From: Chrysomallon squamiferum
Taxonomy: Eukaryota; Animalia; Mollusca
Assembly (NCBI GenBank): GCA_012295275.1
Contig: CM022665.1
Coordinates: 1,798,001-1,862,000, forward strand
Direction: 5' to 3'
DNA: 64,000 nucleotides
In this document: positions 13,952 through 29,220 of the stretch, piece after piece
How positions within the stretch are numbered: the first letter of the stretch is position 1
Layout: the number at the start of each line of letters is the position of its first letter
The notes under the pieces: generated by a model
Databases searched by the model: none
What the model saw: only the letters and a program-made list of their open reading frames with translations
What the model was told of the DNA's origin: nothing
Translations under genes and position numbers: made by a program

Positions 13952-14414
13952 GTAAGTCATACATTTATTTAAGTTATTTATTATAGTGTTTATTTATTTA
14001 TTTGATATTGTTATTGTTATACCTTTTTTTACTTTTTTTTTTTAAATTATTTATTTATATGTATGTGTGTATGTATGTGTTTATCAGGGTGTGTCTTTAT
14101 ATGTTTATTTGTATGGTTGTGTTTAAAAATTAATTAATTATTTCTTTCAGATATGGAAATTTGTTACTATATAAAGATTTAAATTAAAATTTTAAATAAT
14201 AGATATGTTTGCTTGTTAAATCTTGCTCTCTAGATACACACACAAAAAAAAATATATATATATATACTTTTGATTGTTGTTTTATCAGATGTTGAAATCA
14301 GCTATAAGACATAAATTAAAAACTCAGATTACATACACACCCCACACACACACATGATGTATGTGAAAAATATACACACATCATCATCAACCAGATAAAT
14401 TTATTATCACCCTA

Positions 14415-14458
<44 letters not shown>

Positions 14459-15250
14459 AAATATTTAATTATAAACAGAACAAATATGGGTAAAGAGCGT
14501 TTTCTCTTCACATTCCTGATGTGCTTACATTTACAGATATGTTATCTGGCCTGGACAGTGTGAAATTTAATTTAAAAGTATATTAGTAAGACATTTGATG
14601 GATGTATGTTTCTGTATTGTGTGTGCTGTCATTGGCAGCTGAAGTAGGTTAACAGTGATAAAACAGCTAACTGGAGAGTAACAGGTGGAGATAAATATAT
14701 CAGGCACTTTGTCACTGACAGAAATGACAATATTAGCCTGAACCAAAAATTATTATAGGGATGGATAGGGGGGTATAAACAATAAGTAACCTATACATAG
14801 ACTATTTTTGCTCTTCAAACCCCTTCCCTCTAGAAAATGAAAAATAAAACTTGAATAATTGATTATTTTTAAAAAATTTCAGTAGTAGCTCATACCTTGG
14901 GAGAATAAACATTACAGGATATAAAAGTAGTTTCAGTTCTTTTATTTAATTTTATATGTAATGGTTCTGTTTTATTTCTCAGTGAGATTGTCCAATCATA
15001 TTTAATTTAATATCTGGAATTAGTGAATTTTGAAACTTGGAAAACACAGGTTATCAGTATAATTATATCACAATGAGTATGAAGAATACTGAGGCTTTGT
15101 GTTTGTATTGAACCATGACCTTGTCAAATGACCTGTCTACCACAGGTTGTGTGAAAATGTACTCTGCCACACACTGACAGCACTCAAACATTTGTAAGTC
15201 TGCCGGGACCTGTATGTCACGTCATGCATCAATGACACTCTGGTTGGGTC

Positions 15251-15311
15251 ATGCCAGGTCATCCATGGTATGCTGCCGTGTGCAGACGCAAGCAGGCAGA
15301 CACCTCAGAAG
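15251..15311 (+). CDS. Candidate alternative first coding exon (MPGHPWYAAVCRRKQADTSE-G)
   Basis: Locally GC-richer with retained CpGs; gtcATG start with an in-frame TGA upstream (15233). The donor AAG|gtttgt is identical to the donor at 56809 and is phase 1, compatible with 42459. Confidence 0.45.
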
Positions 15312-17021
15312 GTTTGTTTTCGTGATTTTTGTTGTCTAGGTAGGTGCAGTGTTTAAAGTAAATGGCAAAGATCAAAGATGAAACTTAGCTAACATCACAC
15401 CTCTTTGTGAAACTAAACACACACAAAAAATTGCCCACAAGTTTTGGTTTTATATTTGTTTTCACTTAGACTGGAGATCTGAAGTATTTTGGTGAATTTA
15501 TTTTTAATGTTTTTAAAAAAAATATATAACAGTAATTTTGTCTTCAGGTAATAAATGGAAAGCCTTCTTTTTTTATTATTAAACTTTAAAATACTTTGGA
15601 CAGGTATAAATTAAGACAATAAAACTAAATGTGAAAATCCTTGTTTAATTTGATATGTAACATTATATTTTTATTTCAAATAAACACCTAATCTTCCTAG
15701 CTTTTCCCATGCATAATAATTCTAAAAATACCTAATTTGTATAATGGATGAAATTACTAAGTACTGAAGTTTAAATTTCCTTTTATATTAATATGATCTA
15801 AATGGCTATAAAAGTATACAATCTCCTTCTTTTTTTTCATATCTTGTGACATTCACTAAGCTGATATTTATAATATTAATGGCAGTTTTAATGTTATCTT
15901 ATTTACTGTACATTTAGGTGGACATATTGTTTTTACCCAAAGTATCCATTTCTTAATATGAGCTGTGTGTTTTGACAATTTATTTTGTTTACAGTCTGTT
16001 AGTACATGTTTTAACCTAATTTCTTATTTATATAGAGTTGAATAAACATTGCAGAGTTTAACATAACAAAATATACTTAGATGTAGTTGTGATTTTTGAA
16101 ATGCAGTTTAACCTATATAGATAAAATAAAAATGCATGTGTTAATGGTATGTGACTGTTTCATATCTAGATAACATTTTTAATGTCAGACAAAGCTATAC
16201 ATTAACTATAGCGATACGTTTTGGCAAGCAGTGAAAACTATATGCAGTTATAAATCTTATGATGAAGAGAACTTTGCTGTAGAGATTATAATTAGGCTGA
16301 ACAAGGAATTACGAATGGGTGGGTAGATAGGTAAATATATGTATACCCAATTTGATCTTTGAATATCAGGACAAAAAACATACAGACACTTGAATAGTTT
16401 GGTGGTCAAATAACCAGAAGAGAACAAAAAAAAAACTTTTCTTTACTGTTTACTATTCTTGTTTCTGGCTTTAAAAACTCAACAAAAGATTTTCTTGTAT
16501 TTTGTATTCATCACAAACAATAAGGAAGTTCTCAACCATGAACTAAAAATAAGAAGTAATGTACATATAGCCAATGATTTCTTGTAAATTCTGCATCAGT
16601 TTTATGACAACCTGAAACCATTGGTAGCTGTTTAAGGAATGGATTAACAAGCAAACCTAGTTATATACTTTATACATCTTGTCCCTGATGATGTCCCTTT
16701 GTCCTCAACTTCAGATTTATAATGTCTCTAAATACTGAACTAATCTTTTTATTGTGAATTTTATTACGTGCTTCATTATTAAGTTGTTTTAAAATATTTG
16801 TATTTTAATGGAAATGTGTAAAGCTTGAAAGCTGCTATGTAAAAACTATGAAAATCTGTAGGGCTCAAACACTACTATATAAAAACTAAGAAAACTATGT
16901 CTGGCAGATAATAATGGCATTCTTGTTGACAAGTTAATAGGACTTGTGTCATGTTCTCTCATTAATGTCATCTCTACTTTGAGATGGTATTACTTCCAGA
17001 CTGGCTCTCTTGTACCATTAT

Positions 17022-17062
<41 letters not shown>

Positions 17063-17446
17063 ACATCATTATTTATTAAATATCTAATTAGTAGTTATTA
17101 TTTGTGAAAGAAGTAATATAGTAAAATCATGAAAACCAATTAGTTTATTATGTTTTTTCTTCTAATTTTACAAATTGTATTAGAAAAACAAAAACTGAAT
17201 ACTGTTAAATACTTTTCATCTACATAGTTTCTCAGTTTTGATGCATGGTAAAAAAACAAAACAAAAAAACAACAAACAAGGCAGATATTATTACGAAGTT
17301 GTTAATATCTGGAATTAACTGATTTTTGTAACAAACATATTTGAGAAGAATGAGCTCTATAAAATGTTACGGCTAATATTTATATGAAGGTAACTCCATG
17401 AATATGTCAAAAGAGAGAAAGAAAAGAATTAACCATTTGTTCCCAC

Positions 17447-17477
<31 letters not shown>

Positions 17478-19330
17478 GACATCTAAAAGGAAATAGCTGC
17501 TTCCTTTTACTAAGACATTTTAATTTTTTTAATTTTTGTTTTTGTGATAAATAACATTTCTTTTTTTTTTTTTTTTTCAGTATATCCCTGATACGAAAAA
17601 AAAGAAAAAAAAATCCAAATATAACGCATTCCTGTAAAGTTAAAATACAGCATATTTCATTAAAAAAAGAATAACCCTGTATATTCTTACCTCAAGATTA
17701 AAAGTAAACATTTCTTTCTAAACACAATCACACGAGTTCAGAGTTTTAAATAGAATAATAATAAATGCCAAAACCTTGTGCAGTGTCTTGTGATATGAGC
17801 CTTTATGTGCTTTGTCTTCTTTTTTTAAATACTTTTTATGCTTATTTTTTATCAGTTATTTATTTTATATTTTGGCTGTCCTGTAATGTAAGTAACATGC
17901 TAAGAAGTGCCAGGTTATATTTAAGAAAACTTGACATGTTTCTTCTGATAAATGTTTAAAACTGCCTGAATGTAAGCTGCTATCACCAGGGACTCTAGTG
18001 TAATGAGAATATTATCAACTGTGTCATGATAACATATCTTTACCTGCAAGATGCTGCAGAATAATTCCCTCTGTTCAGGTACACTTGGAAGGTTTCAGAT
18101 TTCTTGCAGCTGCTCTTAATGTCCTATTACTGCCTTTGATAAAGAAAGCATTTCAAAATTTATTTTTAAAAAAAGAGAAAAATAATAATAATAATAATAA
18201 TTTACAAAATATATAAAAAAAAAACCTCTAGAATACTCAGTTTGGTTCTAAAAATATTTAAATAATCAGATACAGATTATTGTTTTCATGGAAACACCAA
18301 TAGTGGGTGGATGTTTTTTTTTAAATTTACATATTTTTTCATGTAAAAGTATTTTAAAGATGATTTAATGGTAACTAAAAATTGCCTCTAGCTGTGTCTT
18401 TCATTATGCTTTTATTTTAAGATTTTCCTTAAAGCAAAATTATTTATTTTAGACATTAATGTCAATAAATAGAAATTTCTACATTTGATGTCTGATATTT
18501 CCCCCGAGATATTTCTCAGAACGGAACATTTTTTTGTTTGTCTGTCTTTAGTAAACATGTTTTATTATCTTTTTAATTTTCTTTCATTGTTTTAAAGAAA
18601 CTTATTTTTGATTTTTATTTAGTTCCTAGGATTTTCCAGCTGAGAATTTCATGTGAAATATGTCAGTGATGATACTGAGTTTACTAAAAGTTCGGTATCA
18701 AGTAATTTGGAAGAACTCTTTTATTTTGATCATTATGAAATTCTGAAATAGTACCATTAAATAGTAATAAGAATTGTTTTTCTTTGTGTGAGAAAGAAAT
18801 TAATGCTATATTCTGTGTAAAGCAGACAGGTTGGTGTGTGATTCTTTGTCACATTCTAAGTTAAAACAACTCTTTACATAATGTATCCTTTATAACACGT
18901 TCTTCTTTTCAAGTCAGTTTTGCAGGAAATACTTACAGTACCAGTGTTTGTCAGATAAATGCTTTAATCTTTTCTCAAGTATTTCAAAGTGAAGGATTGG
19001 TGGATATAAAATGAGTTGAAAGCCACATGAAAAGCATATGTACAATCCTACAGAAGGTATTTCCAATTAAGGTTTTAACACAGACAGGGACGTGCTCAAG
19101 TTTTAGTGTTTGCTAATGTAATTGTTGGACTTGGTCACTATTGTTGATGGTTCTTAAAGTCAGAGTCACACCCAGTTCATGAGTGCTGACCTCTGGTGTC
19201 AGTCACTTAGAGTTGTCTCTGTGTTAAAGTCACGACTGCCTTTCAACATCACTGACATGACAAGATGTCTGACAGTTCAAAGAACTTACCTGTGTTTTAG
19301 AAAATAGATTTCAGACTAGATTTACAAAAT

Positions 19331-19375
<45 letters not shown>

Positions 19376-21168
19376 TTGTTTGACAATGTAATACTTAAAA
19401 ATGTTAGTGAATTGACTTTTGTTTGATCTAAAAGTATAGTACTGCATCAAGATGTTACATCTTCCACAGCAGACTCCTTTTAAAAGAAACCTGTTACACC
19501 AACAGTGTTTAGAGTGCACACAAAGAAAGACTTTATTGAATATTCTTATAGAACTTCTGCATCATTCAGCTGTTACAGTCATTGTGCAAACTTTACAGAG
19601 AAATAGCTACCATTAACTTGTTTCTTTCAGACTGAATTATTATCGTTTAGTCAAATATTTTCAAGTTGAAACTATAAATGTCTGTTAAATAAAGGATAAT
19701 AACATGGATCTCATCCTAGAATCTAAATCTGGAGCTAAAACGTTATTGTTTCTGCTATTAAAACTACATGAGTACTTATGTTAAAAGACTTTTATTAAAT
19801 TGGTGTAATCTACTTACCTGTTCTTCTTTCCTGTAGTGGCAATACCAAGACAGCGAAACCAGCTGTAATTAAAGAAAAGTCCTGCTAACAGTAACAACAT
19901 ATTTTTATATCTTTCTGTTTAGTGTGTCATCAGCACTGAGATTAAAACATTATCTGATGTAAAACTGGGTAAATGTGAAAACAGTTTTGTTTACTGATAA
20001 TTTCTTTTATTTAAACTTGACTGTATTTACTACTGGATTTTGCTTATATGTAGCTATTTGCAGCTCATATTGAATTAACTTGTGCTGTTCAAACTGAGAT
20101 TAATTAGTTAGCACACTAGACTTGTTTACAAAACTTTAAATAACACAAACATAATTAAACTGGGTCATTTTAAAGACTATGCATGTTTAATTGTAACAGA
20201 AGACATGTTACAAAAACAACACATATCATCAGACTGACCGGCAGCAGATCAAGCATATGTCCAAAATCTGGTCAATGTGATAAATCCTTCTTGACAATAT
20301 ATATATATATAAATCATGTAATTTATCACAAAAACTAACCAGTGAACAATACACATTGATGCTTGTTTATCTGAATTGTTACTTTTAAACAAAGATTAAG
20401 TTAATGTGAGGAAATAATTCACTTTTACAGCTCACCTATATCAAGATGAATTTATTAAATGTGTATAAGTATCTATGTCAGTGAATATTTATCATGGAAA
20501 ATGCAATAAATTATGTGATAAATATTTTTGTAAATTCCATTTGGCTTACTGTGTTGTTGTGTTTTATTATTATTTTACTTTCTCTCCATTTTGTTGTATT
20601 TTATCTTTCAAATGACTAATATTTCTTTATGTTGAAGACTTCCCCCCCAAAAAAAAAAAAAAAAGGAAAGAAATATGGCTATTATGTTATCTGATTAGAT
20701 TTTTCAGCCGGTAATATTGTAGTTTTATCTTCTTTCACCTGTCTGTTCCCATTGTCTGAACAGGTCTGTGTAATACTGATTGTTATTTGTTAGCAAATCT
20801 CTGGTCGCTTTTTTCTCTCTCATCAGGTCAGTGGCTGCAGTTTTCTGGTTTAGAGTTTAGTTTATTTGTTGTTTGAGTGAGAAAGAAATGATCTATTTGA
20901 GATAAGGGAAGACATAAGACTATATATATATATATATGTGCATACATACATATATATATTGCCATTTCTTGTTACTTTTCTTTTTACTTTTAAGCTGCTG
21001 TATAGTATGGTTTGACTTTGTTCAGTCTTGAATCAGTAGCTCACATGTATAATTTTGAGATGTGCATTACTCTGTGTCTGAATGTGTATATTTCTCTCTT
21101 TCACCATTTTTTTCATAATTTGCATCCAATAACAGTTTTGTTCTTTCTAAAACAAAATGTGTATTCAT

Positions 21169-21356
<188 letters not shown>

Positions 21357-24300
21357 TCCCTCCGCACTATTTTAATTTGGTGAACTGTGAAAACTTGTTG
21401 CTGTCCTGTCAACCTGGTGACACATTAATTTACTGCTTCCTGCACCTCGCTTGATTACATCCTCTATTTATATTTGTATATCGGATGTGCATTGTTAGAA
21501 ACCCATCAACTTCCATTATCTCTCAAATATGCCATTGATAAATCCAAACTTAGTATTATGCTGATCCTATTCATTTTTATATAATGCTTCTTTTTTTTTC
21601 TTTTTTTCAGGGGAGGAGTTTATTTTATTTTATTTTTATTTTTTTAAATAGTTCTGAAAGTCACATTTTATACTTTGCTTGCAGTTTTCATAAACTATCA
21701 CTCTGAACAAACATTATATATATGCTCAAGTGATATTATTACTGGTTATTATCTTCAGTGTCAGCTTCATCCTTGTTTGCAAATGATACAAACAGCAGTC
21801 AAGCAGCAAAAAGCACCATTAAAGACAACAAACACATGTTCTCATATCTCCCCTGTTTCTGAACATTTCCAAATACTGGCATATTTAATTTAAAATACTT
21901 TAATATACTTTACCGTTCAATTCTTTGATTTCAAGATTTACTACAAAGCAGCTGCAGAGTTTAATATGTGGCAGCTGATAAGAGACAAGATGTAACACTA
22001 AGCGTATCACTTACATTCAGGTATTGTGAGGAGGACAAGACTTTTCTCTCCACACCCTCAATCTCATTTTACTACCCGTCACACACTCACAGCTATATGT
22101 AACAAACGTAAGCAGTTGAATGTGTAAGAAAACAATAGAAATGTTACTGTGGTATTTCTATGGTAGAAAGGTCTGTTCTCATCACAGGATTTCTTTTTTG
22201 ATGCTTATCTGTGTAACATAAAACACGCACACATGTCTTACATGTACAACATTTATGTAATTGTACACAACACATACTGAAGTGGATTCAGTCACACATA
22301 TTTGATGAGCATGTAGTTAGTTGTGTACAGCATTCAGGATCAGCAAGTACAATGCACACACCCAGGAATGGATGAATCTACACCTGGATGGATAAACATT
22401 TGATAACATGGATTAAGAACTGTGGTATTTATGTTTTTTGACATGGCTTTCAGTGGCTCATTGAAAGTGAACTGTTACATGCAGGAATGTGACTATCCCT
22501 TTCAGACAGTTTTATGACACAAAGTGACACTGGACTAGTTTTCTGTGGTTTGTTGTAGGAATGAATGTTGGACAACACCTCAACCTAAGTTGTACTGAAA
22601 AAAAGAGAGAGAGAAAGAAATGCTATAGCACCAGTGCAGCTGTCATCATCCATCCTCAGATAGTATTTTACTTGTTATAATAACAGCTACAATAACTAAA
22701 TCAAACTGTAAATAGTGTGAGAGATTAATGTTGGCATAGGTGGACCTAGGATATGTCTGACTGAGAAGTTTAAAATAATGACCTGAAACTCATGATGATT
22801 CATTTCACTGATACTGAAATAAACACTAATTATTCAATCTGTTCTACTCATAATTGACATCTAAGAGCACAGTGAATTAATAGCAGAATACTAGCAAGAG
22901 GAATTAAAATAAATTTTACTTTTTAGCCTTTTTTAACCTTGTTCAACAGACATATTTTACACATCTGACTTCAGCACCTGGTCACATTTTACATGGAATC
23001 AGTTTTGTTCATCTCCTGATACAGAATTACATAAACAGTGTTTTTTCTCTTAACTTCTTGTTTTCCTGTCCATCATAACTAGTTGATAATGTTACTCTTC
23101 CTGCTGGAGGCAGCCTCACAGTTCACACTAGTGACATTTGATTATTTGGAGAACTGAGGGCTGTGTGTAAACAGAGGCAGGAATTCCAGCCATAATTTAA
23201 GCACATATCCATGTAGATGACATTTTACACACTCTTATTTCTCCTCCTCTTTCTGTGACTCAGTCTGTGATTATGTCATTTCAGGCAATGTCTGTAATTT
23301 GATTCCTTTGAATGTCCCTGACCAAAATTTATATTATTATTGTTTATTTTTTCTTTATTAAATTTATGTTATAAGTGTTATCATCATTGTCATAAGCCAT
23401 TTCAAGATAACTTTTTTTTATACCTTTCAACATCAAAAAACTAATTTCAATATCAGAAGAAAAAATGGTTGATAGAAAATGGGCTATGTATGTACTTGAA
23501 TCCAATCTGTATTATTACTGTTGTTATTTTTTTTTTTATTTTTTTTTTTTTTATTGCACAATTATTTTATAATTTATGCTAAAAAATTTCAATAAAATTT
23601 GAAAAAAACAACAACAAACAAATAGACAGAAAATAGAATATATGCACCCTATATGATTATTATTATTAATGCTGTTTTACAGTTTACAAATATGTGCATG
23701 TGTTTAAAACTGAAAGACTTGTATGACATTCTCCAGAGAATTGCACACACTTTGATCTTATCTTCATTGAGAAAAACTGGGACAAGGCCTCAAAGAAAGT
23801 GTTAGACTACTCAATTCACTGACCAGTTGAGCAGAAGAAAATAAATAAAACACAAGTTTGTCAGTACTGTCAATAAAAGCAGCCATAATTCACAAAATTA
23901 ACATGCAGTAGGATGCATTATGAAAATACATTTTTATATTAATCAACTTAATGCCTGCCATTTGGAATAAAGATTACTGAAATAGTTGTTTTGGTATGTA
24001 TGAGACAGGCTTGGTAAATTAGTTGTATATGGCCTATATCACAGAATGAAAAAAAAATACCACCATGTCACTCTGGAATCTGCAAATTATTGCCTCCATG
24101 ATAACACTGAATAAACAGTTTGATAATGTTTTTCTGAAATGTTATTTCATTTTATATAACCAGCATTTCATGATTCTAAAATATATATGTTTAATAAAGT
24201 TTTTCAAAAATTATTAATCAGTAAGTATTTGATTAATTACTGATATAAATAACATTTAATTACTTCAGTTGATTCATAAGTTGTTACTAATTTTATACAA

Positions 24301-25881
24301 TTAATTGTTAAAATGAAATTTTCTTTATCTTTTAGGCTTACATTTTATGATACTGTATCTTTTCAGAGAAATAAAACAAAAATAAACATTAACACAAATT
24401 TCTTTAACATTTTTTTTAAATCACTGATAGCAGTAAATGTTTTCTCAAGTGTAAACATATAAAAATAAAAACAACTTTTATTGATCTCTTGAAGTTTTAG
24501 GAGATAAAATGGCATTTCAGACAATCAGAGATAACAACAAAAAAGATATTTGACAAAGTAGATAATGAATCTTTATTTCCAAACACAGAAATGGTCATAT
24601 TCAATTTATCATTGTGCCAGTCACATTAAAATATAACCTGAGATGAATACAGACTCTTGTTTCATTGCCCACAGAAAAATGTTAGGATCAGTTTTCTGTT
24701 TGTCACCCAAGTCAGAGAATATTCAGTCATGTTGTAATGTCTGTCACCAAGACTTAGTGATAATACAGCACAAAAACATGTCAACTTAAACAAGTATGTT
24801 GGCACTGACTGATTAACAAGTTAATCTTTTTTATTCCTGTTGCTGGCATGAACATTTTTAGGCTATCTTAAAAATAAATTTAGTTTGAAACCCAATCTAT
24901 CATTTGAGCATTTGTTACAATGTTGTTGATGTTGTTGCTGTTGCTATTCATGATGGAGTTTTTGTTCATTCTGCTTCTGCTGTTATTCATTCCATCATTG
25001 GTACGATGATGCTGACCTCTTATTGTTTTCTTGTTGTTGTTGTTGTTTTTTTTAAAGAAATTTGAAAAATATGAAGTAACAAATGCTTGTTTTTCCTACC
25101 ACAGTAAATAAAATAAAACATACTGATTAAAAACATTTTGTTCCATTTAATTTAAATTAAATTTTGTTTTGTTTTGTTTTAGAGCTTAAAAATATATTTT
25201 TAAATTTTCTTCTGCAAAGATATTTGATTAACAGATATAAAATAATAACTTTAATTAATTCCATTGTGGAAATACTCCTGATATGTTTACAGTTTATATA
25301 ATTTTGTGGGTTGTATTTAACTCATCTTGCCCAAGCCAGATTAACTGACTAATGATTACAGGAGAAAGGAAATACAAGAGAAATAAGCAGTAGAAACAGA
25401 AGAGTCAGGTTTTCCAGATGTTTTATTGCTTAGAAGGATTCACCTGGTTTTTGTTTGTGTTTTTACACCAAAATATCACTGTTTTACATAACATCTGTTG
25501 ATGATTCATGTATTAGATATTTCTTTCTCATCTTTTTTTTTTTTTTTTTTTATTATTATTATTATTATTTAGTAAAAACAGTTACAAAACAATAATAATA
25601 ATAATAAAATAAAAATATAATAATATCCAAATTTAGTCAAAATATACTCTTGCAAAATTTGATTCATTAAATAGAAAAAAACCCCACCTTTAGCCAAAAG
25701 TAGTTATTTGGACAGAACCTTGTAATTGCAGAAAGCTCTGAAGTTGTCTTTTCATGTTACTTTTTCTCTTTCATTAATTTTTTATTTTCTATTTTTTTTA
25801 CTTATTTTTTTTTCTATTTTTTTTACTTTTCAGTTTTTATTTTGATATGTTCTTTTAACTTTAATGAATCCAACATTATAC

Positions 25882-25914
<33 letters not shown>

Positions 25915-27404
25915 CATAATCTTGTCATCTTGACTGTGTGTTAATGAAGTTACATTCATCTGCACCTGAATTCCTTCATACAACTAAATCGAGATCTCTT
26001 CCTAAAATAACACCCGTTAATTCACTGAGAACACACACATTCATCTGGAATCACTCATGTGCATCAAGATTTCTTGAATCAGTCAGCCTGAACCATTGTC
26101 ACTGCTGCTATGTGTAATCTCATCAGATTTCAGAAGGTGAAGATGATCAGTTTGGCAGCAAGCAGATTGTTTTCCTTCACAACAAAGTCTGAAATCTCAT
26201 TCCTAACATACTGACTGGAAACAAAGTCCAGGGCATCCAGTATCTAGTGTGGTGTGGGTCATACAGGATTTCCCAGAATGTTGTCCAGATTAATGATCAG
26301 TGAGACTATCTTGTGCTGAATGTACACAGAACATCAAATTACAGACGATCATGTTGCTAGGTCATTACAGTCATCTTTTTCTGTTTCATTGAAAAAAACA
26401 AAACAACAATAAATATATATATATTTATTTATTTACTATTAATTACTTCTAAAAAGGCTGTAGTTCATAATTATGTATGTTGACTTTGTAATTCATAAAA
26501 TGAATAGTTTTATTTAATTATTTAAATAAGGTGAATTATTAATTGTTATTTATCTATATATGGTGTGTGTGTGTATATATATATATATACAACAGCCATA
26601 ACATTTTACATTGGTTGCTTCTATATTGTTTATTTACAAAACATTTACTAATTTCTTAACATGCTAACTAAATCTGTGTTCCAGGGTTTATTTTAATTGT
26701 GAATAAATGCTCATTTTAGTTCAGCTTATATGTTTTTTTTTTTAGTAAAGTTTTAATTGTTACATTATTAAAAGATACAGGCAAAATATTTCTAAGTTCA
26801 TGATTTCATATGCATAAGAATACTGATTCCCTTGCATTGAAGTGAACTGAGCATATAAATGCATTAATCATATTTCTCCTTAATAGACATTATTCTGAAT
26901 TATAATACAATAAATCATTTGTGCTGTATAAATAAATTACATCATCTATTTTTGTGTCTTTTGCCTGCCAGCATATCTTGCACTTTATCTCAGCCACAAT
27001 CTTTCCATATCCTTCACATTCCTTCATTTCAAATAATCTTCACTGTATTTTGTGAAAAAAGGCAAAGCGTTTTTTCTTCTTTTTTTTTTTTTGGTTTTGT
27101 TATTTTTGCTGATATGCTTTTTTTGTTGCTTTTTTTTTGCTTTTTATTGTTTATAGGTCAGTTACTTTGGATCTGCTAGTTGATATGATTAAACTAGGTG
27201 CATCATGTGAGAAAGGGGAGCAGTAATAAAATGACACAGCTATCCAGATATAACCTCTTTTTGAAAAAAGCTGTCAGAACTTTTTAAATTTAAAAAAAAA
27301 TATGTATTACAGAATAAATTTATATCTCATACTTTCTCACCCACTCACTCTTTCTCTGTCTCTCTTCCACGCTTTCTTTCTTTCTCTCAGACCCTGTTTC
27401 CTCC

Positions 27405-27440
<36 letters not shown>

Positions 27441-27859
27441 CCTATTTTTATGGTCACTAAATAACATGGTTTTCTGTGTTTTTGAATGTAGCAAAAGCTA
27501 AACTTGGCTTAGTAACCTTGATATCTGAAACCAGTCCAGTAACAGTCAGACATTGTAGCAGCCAGTCTGCTCTTTCCATTCCTTACTGTTTCAGTGGTTC
27601 AAGCAAGTTCAAGTTATTAAAAAAAAGAAAAAAAAAAAAACACCTGATACTCCATCATAAATCTGCTCATGAGACATAAGGTTTACAAATTAGGCAGATA
27701 GATGTATTCTCTTACTCAGTTTATTTCTCCTCAAATAACTTCTACAATAACAGATATTACTGTCACATTAAAAAAGAAATGTTTTATGTAATATGTGGTT
27801 GGGTGACATTACACATACACACAAACACAGAGACGTGCAGACACACACACATACACACA

Positions 27860-27955
27860 TATAAACGAGACAACCACACTACTCATTTCTGATTAACAGC
27901 AAATTATCTCTTCTTTTTTTTTAATGTGCCTTCCCAGCGATAGGAAGATATAATA
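27860..27955 (-). mobile_element. Decayed SINE-like fragment
   Basis: ctactcatttctgattaacagcaa..tgtgccttcccagcgatagga; reverse-complement similarity to 33040-33080. Confidence 0.4.
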
Positions 27956-29166
27956 TTTTTATTCTGTCTGAAAAGAACACAGAGGATACAATGACAAGGA
28001 CTGAATAAAAAAAACCCAACAAAACACAGATAAATCAACCTTATGCAATAATATTTCAAGGATTTTTTTTTGGATTTTTTATTTCTGATATATTTTTCAA
28101 AAATATTCTTTTCGTTAAATCAAACCAGCTGGATGTATTACAGATGTGTCACATAATATTACACTTGTCAGTGATTCACAATAGGGTGGGATGAGACTAA
28201 GAATCATATTTCAACTTATCTGTGTAGTGTCTAGGTAAACTAACGCTATCTGATTGTCACTGGTTAAATAAAACATTCAGTTAAATAAAACATTCAGTTA
28301 AATACAGTGATATTCTGAAGAGGACAGACAATTTCTCCTCATGGTAGGTACTCTACTTTTACCAGTCTGAAGAAACATCACACAGACATGTGCGACTGTT
28401 CAGTAATTCTTTTAGTAATGCTGAAAATGTAGGTGTCTTTTGCTAATTCTTTCTCTCTTTTTTTAATTTATTTTTATTGTATTATATTTTTTTATTTATT
28501 TTGGTTTCAAGACTTATTTCAAAATCTAATCAGGATTCCTAATTAGCAGATATTATTTATGACAAGATCCTCTGTATTATTGCCTATATTTGTTGTTACT
28601 TTAGAAACACACTGACAAGACAGTTTATTAACTCAGCTAGTTGGAACTGGATATCAGTGATGACATGTTAACTTTGTTTATGACAAGTTTTTATGTCTGT
28701 AGATGACAAATATGAAAAGAGGCTGGATGAGATGACAGCATGTAGACGTGATGGCCTTGGGTGTCTGTGAATGTTTCCAGTTAGCACAGCCAAGTGTTCT
28801 CATTAATGATATTGATGAGGTGTGCAACTTGGCAGTGTTTGTGTTTAATGTGGTCAATCAAAGGTAAAGTCATTACTTACCACATGTAATTGGTAACTGA
28901 CAGGTCTGGTTACAGTTCACTTGATCACTCATCACAGCAAAATAATGACAGCCATACATTATCCTGGCTTTACATTTATCTATTGATTCTTCTGTCTGAA
29001 TATCAGGCCTGTAATTCCTTCATCTCTCTATCAAACCAATCATTCATTCATTTCTCAGTAAAACCAGTCATTTATCTCTTATTCAGAACAGTCATAAGTC
29101 CATCTGTTGTATTAGTCTTGAAAGTTATTTTTTATTTTTATATTTTGATTTCAATTTTGATTTCAA

Positions 29167-29220
<54 letters not shown>

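Noticed and set aside
28263-28304. 17-bp tandem duplication gttaaataaaacattca x2.5
   Set aside because: Ordinary slippage duplication with no evidence of function.
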